A model generated the notes under the pieces. That model searched no databases and was not told where the DNA came from. It saw only the letters and a program-made list of their open reading frames with translations. Positions 26,629-33,149 of a DNA stretch of 33,149 nt are shown here, piece by piece (the stretch's first letter is position 1; the number at the start of each line of letters is the position of its first letter). Source of the stretch: Trueperaceae bacterium (lineage in GTDB: Bacteria; Deinococcota; Deinococci; Deinococcales; Trueperaceae); NCBI GenBank assembly GCA_040905465.1, contig JBBDRK010000080.1:36767-69915 (forward strand), written 5' to 3'. A program made the position numbers and the translations under genes.

Positions 26629-27672
26629 TCAGCCCGGGCCGCTCGCCGGCTGCTGCGTGACGAGCAGTTCGAGACGGGGTTGCTGCTCGGCCACCGCCTG
26701 CGGTTGGCTGGCTACCTGAACCCTGCCTTCGCGATAGAGCCGCTCGTACGTCGCGACCAGCTTCGGATCGAATTGGCTACCGGCACTTCGGCGCAACTCC
26801 TCTATCGCATCTTCGCGCGTCAGCGCCTTGCGATACGGCCGGTCGCTGGACAGCGCCTCGAACACGTCCACGACCGCGAGGATCCTACCGTAGAGCGGGA
26901 TGTCTTCACCTCGCAGGCCGCCGGGATAGCCGCTGCCGTCGAAGCGTTCGTGGTGCGAACCGACGCCATCGGCCACTCTCTTGAAGCTCTCGATCGAGCT
27001 CAGCAGATTCGCGCCCAGCCTGGCATGGCGGCGCATGACCAGGTACTCCTCGAGGGTCAGACCGCCGGGCTTGCGCAGAATTTCGCGCGGAACCGTCACC
27101 TTGCCTATGTCGTGCAGCAATCCCGCCCAGTACAGCTCCTCGCGCTCGTATCCGCCGAGTCCGATAGCCTCCCCCAGTGTGCGCGCGTTGGCGGCGACTC
27201 TTTCACAGTGTTCACCGGCCGGCTCGTCCTCGGTTTCGACCGCTACCGCGAAGCTCTTGAGCGTGGCGATCTGAGTCCGAATCACCTTCCTGCGCCGCTC
27301 GTCCAGCAGTCCGAGAAGACGCCCGGCCAGAACGGCGACCGCCAGGTACATCGCTAACGTCAGGAGCCATCCGTCGAGAGCGAAGGGCACGCCGAACGCG
27401 CTCCTCAGCGGACCGACCGCCACAGCGGCAGCGAACGCAACTACCAGCGACCCGGAGACACCGAAGAAGTAGGCTGCAAGCACCAGCGGCAGGTACATCC
27501 CGTGCTGGAGGAGTTGCTCGGGAATCGCACCCTGCGCACCGAGCAGGGCGAGGCCGACTACGGGGAGCGAAACCAGCGCCAGACCGGCACTCGTGGCCCG
27601 CCCGTCGTCAAGAAGTTGGGAACGCTGCCCGCCGGTCTGCGCCTGCCATTTGGGGTGCTGAGGTCTTGCCAC
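26629..27672 (-). CDS. Membrane-bound HD-GYP cyclic-dinucleotide phosphodiesterase
   Basis: About 4 N-terminal TM helices; EHCERV, LLHDIGK, HHERFDGSGYPGGL, VVDVFEAL..DRPYR; GGAGG RBS before GTG. Confidence 0.92.
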   Translation of the reverse strand: MARPQHPKWQAQTGGQRSQLLDDGRATSAGLALVSLPVVGLALLGAQGAIPEQLLQHGMYLPLVLAAYFFGVSGSLVVAFAAAVAVGPLRSAFGVPFALDGWLLTLAMYLAVAVLAGRLLGLLDERRRKVIRTQIATLKSFAVAVETEDEPAGEHCERVAANARTLGEAIGLGGYEREELYWAGLLHDIGKVTVPREILRKPGGLTLEEYLVMRRHARLGANLLSSIESFKRVADGVGSHHERFDGSGYPGGLRGEDIPLYGRILAVVDVFEALSSDRPYRKALTREDAIEELRRSAGSQFDPKLVATYERLYREGRVQVASQPQAVAEQQPRLELLVTQQPASGPG

Positions 27673-27796
27673 CTATCATCCTCCACGCCGAGGAAGTGAA
27701 ACCTCCTCAGTCCTGGGCAAAAGAATGACAGACGACAAGTGCAATCGCTGTTACTTTCCCCTCTCGACCTTCGCCAAGTCGGCCTTTTCCTGCTCC

Positions 27797-27838
27797 AAAA
27801 AACGTATGCCGACCGGCCATGGCGCCGGTCGGCATACG
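27797..27838 (-). terminator. Rho-independent terminator of the desaturase-like gene
   Basis: Perfect 15-bp stem cgtatgccgaccggc/gccggtcggcatacg with A6 on the left (U6 on the minus strand). Confidence 0.9.
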
Positions 27839-27853
27839 AGACTGTTCGAGGCG

Positions 27854-29071
27854 TCAGTCGTCGGCGTTTTCGTCGGCGTTTTTGGCGGCGTTTTCGTCGG
27901 TGCTGTCCTTAGCGCTGGCGTCGGCACCGTCGTCGCCACTGTCGCCGACGTTCTCGCGAACTCCAGCCCCCTCGTTTCCAGTTGCTTCCCGATTTCCGGG
28001 TACCTCGGGATTTGGCACGAACGCTAGCGGGTCGACTTCATCGAAACCGATCTCGGCCTCGTATACGCCGACCTTCTGATGCAAGCGCTTGACGTCCCCT
28101 TCGATCAGCCCGTAGTCGAAGGCATCGAATATCGCCGTCTGCTGCATAGCACTGCCGTCCTCGGTCGGCACCAGTCGAGAGCGCTGCAGTCCTTCCTCGA
28201 GAGCCTTGCGCGAGGAGACACCGAGGTTCTTGAAGACGATCTGAACGACATCGCGCGCGTACTCGCGCGGACCGTAGATTCCGGCACGGTAGACCGCCTC
28301 GAAGAACTTGTCCCAGTCGGGAACGAGTTCCGCTGCAGGCATGGTGAAGTGCTCCAGTACCTCGCGAAGCGCTTCGAGCGTGCGCTGCGGGTAGTAGTAG
28401 AGGAACAGCCTCACACCTTCGAGGAAGAAGTTGTAGTGAGCGGCCTCATCCACCGCGATAGTCTGGGCGACCTGCGCCAGAACCGGATCGGCGTCATCCC
28501 GGTGTTGCGGCTTGTCAGACTTGCCTCGCGCGATCTTGAGCAGGTTCAGGTAGTTGAGCTGGGTGGCGCGCTCCTGGAAGACGGTGTAGATGATGCTGTG
28601 GAGCGGCTTGTCTTCCCACAGGCTGCGGTGGACCTTGGAACGCAGGTTGTATTTGTACTCCTCGAGGAACTGTGGGGTGCGCAGCCTGCCGAACAGCAGC
28701 GTGTTCTCCCAGGTGTCCGCGTGCTTCTCCTCTTCCGAGCCCCACCTCATTTGGAAGTGCGAGCGGCCGTGGGAACGCCTCACTAGCGCCAGGATCTCAT
28801 TGACGTAGTCCGGCGCGTAGTACTCGACAGCGAAGAAGCCCTGAATCACCTGGATCAGGCTGGGCGAAAAGTCTCGCCTCATTGTTCGCCACTCGAACGA
28901 CTTGTCGGGATTCCAGTTACGCGTTTCCTGACTGCGCGAAGTGTACCAGCGGTACAATCCGAGTATCGCCCGCTCGATGAGCCGGTCCTTGTACTGCTCG
29001 GACAGCATACCGGCCGGTGTTCTCGGTCGGTTATCTTCGATTAGGCTGATGGGCGGCGCTACCGCGTCCAT
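27854..29071 (-). CDS. Acyl-ACP desaturase family ferritin-like diiron protein
   Basis: Diiron ligand pattern VEYYAPDY, WGSEEEKH, FQERAT, IAVDEAAHY, FTMP; GAGGAG RBS; acidic disordered tail. Confidence 0.85.
   Translation of the reverse strand: MDAVAPPISLIEDNRPRTPAGMLSEQYKDRLIERAILGLYRWYTSRSQETRNWNPDKSFEWRTMRRDFSPSLIQVIQGFFAVEYYAPDYVNEILALVRRSHGRSHFQMRWGSEEEKHADTWENTLLFGRLRTPQFLEEYKYNLRSKVHRSLWEDKPLHSIIYTVFQERATQLNYLNLLKIARGKSDKPQHRDDADPVLAQVAQTIAVDEAAHYNFFLEGVRLFLYYYPQRTLEALREVLEHFTMPAAELVPDWDKFFEAVYRAGIYGPREYARDVVQIVFKNLGVSSRKALEEGLQRSRLVPTEDGSAMQQTAIFDAFDYGLIEGDVKRLHQKVGVYEAEIGFDEVDPLAFVPNPEVPGNREATGNEGAGVRENVGDSGDDGADASAKDSTDENAAKNADENADD
27860..27907. repeat. 12-bp in-frame tandem repeat encoding an acidic (D/K)ENA-type tail
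   Basis: gtcggcgttttc gtcggcgttttt ggcggcgttttc gtcggtgctgtc. Confidence 0.75.
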
Positions 29072-29097
29072 GAATACTCCTCTACGGCCAGTTTGGC

Positions 29098-29134
29098 TGT
29101 GACGGGGGGCTAAAAAAGAATTCTAACAGTCACA
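29098..29134 (-). promoter_or_regulatory. Extended -10 (TGTTAGAAT) for the desaturase-like gene, flanked by TGTGAC/GTCACA inverted hexamers
   Basis: attctaaca at 29120-29128; tgtgac 29098-29103 and gtcaca 29129-29134; locally AT-rich. Confidence 0.45.
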
Positions 29135-29248
29135 CCCGGCCCAGTACGTAATCTCAACTGCGGTGGGAACTGGCGAAATCGCCAGCCCCGAATCCCCTGC
29201 CGGTGCGAGGATAGCACGAGACCGAAACGATACGCCGTCAGAAACCCG

Positions 29249-30463
29249 CTATTCGAGCGTCATGGCGTCGAGCTCCCGCTGACGATCCTCCTCGGCTGCA
29301 CGTTGCGTGCGTGACCGAAGGCGCAGTCGCAACCAGGCGCTGATAGACGGGTAGTGACGGAAGACCTGGCTACCTATCAGCACCATGGCCAACACATAGA
29401 GCGACGTAGCGCCCAGCAACGATTCGCGAACCTCCATCGGCAACGCCTCGACGGATGCGGCGAGTGCGACTATCACCAAGGAAAACTCCCCGCGCGGGAT
29501 CAACATCAGGGCGTGACCGACGCTGCCGCGACGGCTGAGCCCGGTGAACCGTCCGGCCAGGACACCGCTAGCGAGCTGAGTAACGAGCGTCGCCACCACC
29601 ATGATCGTTGCAAGCCGCCACTGGCCGAGGGCAGAGACGAGATCGACATGCAGGCCGAAATTCAGGAAGAAGGCGGCCGCCGCTACGTCGTGCCAGGACA
29701 TCAGCGTATGCTCCACCCGCTCCCGATACTGCGACTCGGACACTACCAGGCCCAGCAGGAAGGCGGCTACGGCTTCGGGAAAATTGAGCCCCTGCGCGCC
29801 CACCGAAAAGAGGGTGACCAGCGCCAGCAGCAGCAGGATGAGCATCTCGTCTTCACGACGCAGCAACCGTTCGAGGGGCCGGCGGCCGTAACGGAGGAAG
29901 AGCAGGTAAGCGACCAGGAACACAGCCGCGCCGGCGATCTGAAGCGGGCTCCCGCCGGCGGTCGCCAGCCCGAGCCCGCCCAGCACTACGACCATCGCAA
30001 GGTCTTCGAACACCAGCACCCCGAGCGTTCGTTCCGCTTCCGGGTAACCGACCAGGCCGCCGTCTCCCATGAGCTTTGCGATGACGCCAGAAGACGAGAT
30101 GTAGACGATTCCGCCCAGGAAGAGGCCGGCGAGGAGCCCGAAGCCAAGGAACAGCCCTATCGCCACGCCAACCAGGAAGTTGACCAGGTCGATGGCGCCC
30201 GCCACCACGATCGACCTGCCTCCCTCCGAAAAGCGCCGCAAGGAGAACTCCAGGCCCATGAAGAAAAGCAGCAGGACGATACCCAGCTCGCCCAGCATCT
30301 CGGTGATCTCGGTAACCTCGTAGAACGGCAGCGGTCCCGTCGGCCCGAAGACCACGCCAAGGAGAATGTAGCCCACCACGCTCGAAAGGCCGAGCTTTCG
30401 GGCGAGCCAGCCCGCGCCGTAGAGGCCCAACGCAATCGTGCCTAACTGCAACAGAGGGGACAC
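29249..30463 (-). CDS. CPA2 cation:proton antiporter (KhtU/YhaU-like)
   Basis: LGELGIVLLLFFMGLEFS, YISSSGVIAK, GVLVFEDL, IPRGEFSLVI; about 12-13 TM helices. Confidence 0.9.
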   Translation of the reverse strand: MSPLLQLGTIALGLYGAGWLARKLGLSSVVGYILLGVVFGPTGPLPFYEVTEITEMLGELGIVLLLFFMGLEFSLRRFSEGGRSIVVAGAIDLVNFLVGVAIGLFLGFGLLAGLFLGGIVYISSSGVIAKLMGDGGLVGYPEAERTLGVLVFEDLAMVVVLGGLGLATAGGSPLQIAGAAVFLVAYLLFLRYGRRPLERLLRREDEMLILLLLALVTLFSVGAQGLNFPEAVAAFLLGLVVSESQYRERVEHTLMSWHDVAAAAFFLNFGLHVDLVSALGQWRLATIMVVATLVTQLASGVLAGRFTGLSRRGSVGHALMLIPRGEFSLVIVALAASVEALPMEVRESLLGATSLYVLAMVLIGSQVFRHYPSISAWLRLRLRSRTQRAAEEDRQRELDAMTLE

Positions 30464-30493
30464 GGACTGTTCGTTATGCCTGTCTCGGGCCGC

Positions 30494-31000
30494 TCAACCG
30501 GCCAGGACCGAACGTGCCGCTTCGCACTGTTCCGGCGAACCCATCAGCACCGCGGTGTCGCCTGCCCTGAACATGAAGTCGGGCCCCGGGTTGGGTACGG
30601 CGGATCCGGAGCGCATGACGGCTATCACCGATGCTCCCGTACGATTTCGGAGACCGGTCGCTTCGAGGGTACGGCCCACCGCCATCGAGCCGTCGCGCAA
30701 CTCGACCCACTCGATCTCCAGTCCGCCGAGCGCCAACTCGAGCTTGCCCAGGTCGGGAGGCGCGACCAGGGCATTTCCCAGTAGATTGGCGAGTTGCTGC
30801 GCCTCGTCGCGACTGAATCGGGCCATGTCGACCGGTCGGTCTTCACCCGGCAGGAAGTGGAACAGCCTGCGCTCGCCGTCCGGACGAACCACCAGCGCCA
30901 CGTGCCCGCCGGAATCGAGTTGCATCACGTACTTCTTGCCGACCCCCGGAAGGGTCGACTCGCGCACCTTGGTGCCTGTTGCTCGTACCTCGCTGGCCAT
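30494..31000 (-). CDS. Cation:proton antiporter regulatory subunit (KhtT/YhaT-like, TrkA-C domain)
   Basis: VRESTLPGVGKKY, EAQQLANLLG, IEWVEL, RTGASVIAVMR...PNPGPDF..GDTAVLMG; start placed at ATG 31000. Confidence 0.88.
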   Translation of the reverse strand: MASEVRATGTKVRESTLPGVGKKYVMQLDSGGHVALVVRPDGERRLFHFLPGEDRPVDMARFSRDEAQQLANLLGNALVAPPDLGKLELALGGLEIEWVELRDGSMAVGRTLEATGLRNRTGASVIAVMRSGSAVPNPGPDFMFRAGDTAVLMGSPEQCEAARSVLAG

Positions 31001-31165
31001 GGACCCATGATAGACGGCCGTGGGGCCCGATACTGAGCGAAACCGGCGTCCATGGTCCGCGGCAAGGCAGTCGATGTGCAGGGCGCACCGTCGGTCACGG
31101 TATTTCTTGCGATAATCGTAGTCGAGGTACCGTTCCAAGCTCTAGAAGGCGGGTCAGGGGTCCTA

Positions 31166-32014
31166 ATGGCGCAACGTCCCACACTGCCCTGGGGACAGCG
31201 GGGCCATCCAGTACTGGTGCTGCTGGGCGTCCTGTTGGTGCCGCTGGTGGCGCTTCTCGACTACCTGGCGGGTCCCGAGTTCGGCTTTTCGCTGATGTAC
31301 CTGATCCCTATCATCGCCGTCGCCCGCCTGGGTGACTGGACGAGCGCCTGGTTCACCGCCGTGTTGGCGGCCGTGGCCTGGATGGTCATCGACATCCTGA
31401 GCGGCCCGCCCTACAGCACCTTCCTGGCGCCGTTGTGGAACAGCCTGACACGCTTCGCGTTCTTCGGCCTGTCGCTCTTCGCGATCCGCAGCTTTCAGGA
31501 GAAACTGGCGGCTGCCGAGATACGGGCGCTGAGCGACCCGCTCACGGGGCTGCCAAACCGGCAGTACCTCGAGATCATGATGGGCGCCGCCAGGGCCCGA
31601 CTGGAGCGCTACCAGAAGCCGCTAACCCTCGCCTATCTCGATGTCGACAACTTCAAGCGCCTCAACGACCAGCACGGGCACCACGCCGGCGATGTTCTGT
31701 TGAAACGCATCGGACGGCTCCTCGTAGACAGCACACGGGATACCGACACGGTGGCGCGGGTCGGGGGCGACGAGTTCGTGATCCTGCTGCCCGAGGCGGT
31801 GCCGGCCGACGCGCAGCCGGTCCTGGAACGAATCAACGCCGGCCTCCAGGACATTCCGATACCTCGTGGAACCGAGATATCGCTGAGCATCGGCGCCTGC
31901 ACCTTCTATCGTCCGTTGGAGTCGACGGAGGCGATGATCAGTGAGGCCGACGAACGAATGTACCGGGTCAAGCGGTCCGGCAAGAACGCGGTGCTGATCG
32001 ACGAGGTTCGCTAG
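31166..32014 (+). CDS. Membrane-bound diguanylate cyclase (DUF4118-like TM sensor + GGDEF)
   Basis: 4 TM helices; DPLTGLPNR, YLDVDNFKRLNDQHGHHAGD, I-site RDTD, RVGGDEF, ADERMY..K..GKN; start placed at ATG 31166. Confidence 0.93.
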   Translation: MAQRPTLPWGQRGHPVLVLLGVLLVPLVALLDYLAGPEFGFSLMYLIPIIAVARLGDWTSAWFTAVLAAVAWMVIDILSGPPYSTFLAPLWNSLTRFAFFGLSLFAIRSFQEKLAAAEIRALSDPLTGLPNRQYLEIMMGAARARLERYQKPLTLAYLDVDNFKRLNDQHGHHAGDVLLKRIGRLLVDSTRDTDTVARVGGDEFVILLPEAVPADAQPVLERINAGLQDIPIPRGTEISLSIGACTFYRPLESTEAMISEADERMYRVKRSGKNAVLIDEVR

Positions 32015-32171
32015 AGCGGCAGCAACGCCGGGACCGAACGTGTCGGCTACCCGTAGAACCCGACTTGTAGATTATCCGACACTCTCGCGGGGATTCGCGG
32101 CCTTACAGTGACGCAATGCCTCCACCGGCCAAGAGCCGGAAAGCTGCCCATTGTGCGCGTGTGGAGGTCGC

Positions 32172-32990
32172 ATGATTGAATCCCACGGTTCTGCAGGACT
32201 GGCGCCCGATAACCGGTCCGAGCAGTTCTACTGCAAGGTGCTCGGGGTACTGAATCACCATGACATCCGGTTCATGGTCGGCGGTTCTCATGCCGCCTCG
32301 CACTACACCGGCCGTCCACCGCACACCAAGGACCTGGACATCTTCCTGCCGCCGTCCCAGGTCGACGGGGCGCTCACGTCGCTGGCGTGCGCCGGTTTCG
32401 AAACCGAGCGACCGTTTCCCTTCTGGCTCGCCAAGGCCCATCGGGGCGACGACTTCGTAGACCTGATTTCGCGCGCCGCCAGCGGTCTCTGGGAGGTGGA
32501 GGAGGAGTGGCTCGCGAACGCCTCCACGATCGACCTGTGGGGCGTGAATGTGCTGGTTAGCGCCGTTGAAGAGCTGATCTGGACCAAGGCAGCGCTCATG
32601 GACCGCGAGCGCTACGACGGCAACGACATTCTGCACCTGCTTCAGGCCAATGCCTCGGAGCTGGACTGGGAGCATCTGCGCTATCTGGCAGGACCGGACT
32701 GGCGCTTGCTGCTGGCCCACCTCACCCTGTTCGGCTACGTCTATCCGGACCTGATGACCCTCGTCCCCAAACCCCTCCTGGCGGAGCTGTCGCTTCACCT
32801 GCTGAGCGATCATCCGCAGCCGGGCCGTGACGACGAACCGGTATGCCGTGGAACGCTCATCTCCAACACCCAGTATCAGGTCGACGTCGAGGAGTTGGGC
32901 TACTGCGACGCCCGATTGCGTCCGTGGGGACGGCTCGAGCCCGAGGAACTGCGGCCCTGGGTCGATGCCGTAAAGCGAGGAGATACCTAG
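32172..32990 (+). CDS. Nucleotidyltransferase-superfamily protein
   Basis: FMVGGSHA...TKDLDIF (GG/S + DxD), VDLI, EELIWTK, RERYDGNDILHL; GGAGG RBS before ATG 32172. Confidence 0.82.
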   Translation: MIESHGSAGLAPDNRSEQFYCKVLGVLNHHDIRFMVGGSHAASHYTGRPPHTKDLDIFLPPSQVDGALTSLACAGFETERPFPFWLAKAHRGDDFVDLISRAASGLWEVEEEWLANASTIDLWGVNVLVSAVEELIWTKAALMDRERYDGNDILHLLQANASELDWEHLRYLAGPDWRLLLAHLTLFGYVYPDLMTLVPKPLLAELSLHLLSDHPQPGRDDEPVCRGTLISNTQYQVDVEELGYCDARLRPWGRLEPEELRPWVDAVKRGDT

Positions 32991-33060
32991 CCCGCAAGCG
33001 ACGCCCGGTGTCGGCCCCTGTGCTGCGCCGCCATGGCCGCGTCTCGTGCATCACCAGGCC

Positions 33061-33089
33061 TTGATGCCGCGTGACGCACCACGTATATT
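33061..33089 (+). promoter_or_regulatory. Sigma70 promoter for tRNA-Lys
   Basis: TTGATG-N17-TATATT, 12 nt upstream of the tRNA. Confidence 0.65.
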
Positions 33090-33101
33090 GGTCCGTCGCC
33101 T

Positions 33102-33149
<48 letters not shown>

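Overview
GC-rich bacterial chromosomal window. Gene content and protein style suggest Deinococcota, possibly Truepera-like (inference). The first ~21 kb is mostly housekeeping: a truncated hypothetical gene, rnr, cutA, a PRC-barrel protein, a minus-strand run (rlmN, TPR, SPOR, rex, lipoprotein, polyprenyl synthase, small ORF), glgC, ftsH, a pseudokinase-PASTA protein, a TmrAB-like heterodimeric ABC exporter and a DUF11-like secreted protein. Between tRNA-Ala(CGC) (21345) and a truncated tRNA-Lys(CTT) (33102) lie KtrAB-type K+ uptake, a three-gene putative metal-handling locus, a membrane HD-GYP protein, an acyl-ACP-desaturase-like diiron protein, a KhtTU-like K+/H+ antiporter, a membrane GGDEF protein and a nucleotidyltransferase. 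The best candidate for a novel system is 23688-26512. A small exported His-rich ORF ending in the arrest-peptide-like motif IRGPP (CruR/CutF/DUF2946-like layout, but His instead of CxxC) precedes a His-rich helical + cupredoxin-like exported protein and a polytopic membrane protein with a predicted mature N-terminal His and a 6-Cys insert. This suggests a metal-responsive, ribosome-stalling-controlled uptake system. No integrase, transposase or cas genes were seen. All calls come from reading motifs by eye; no searches were run.
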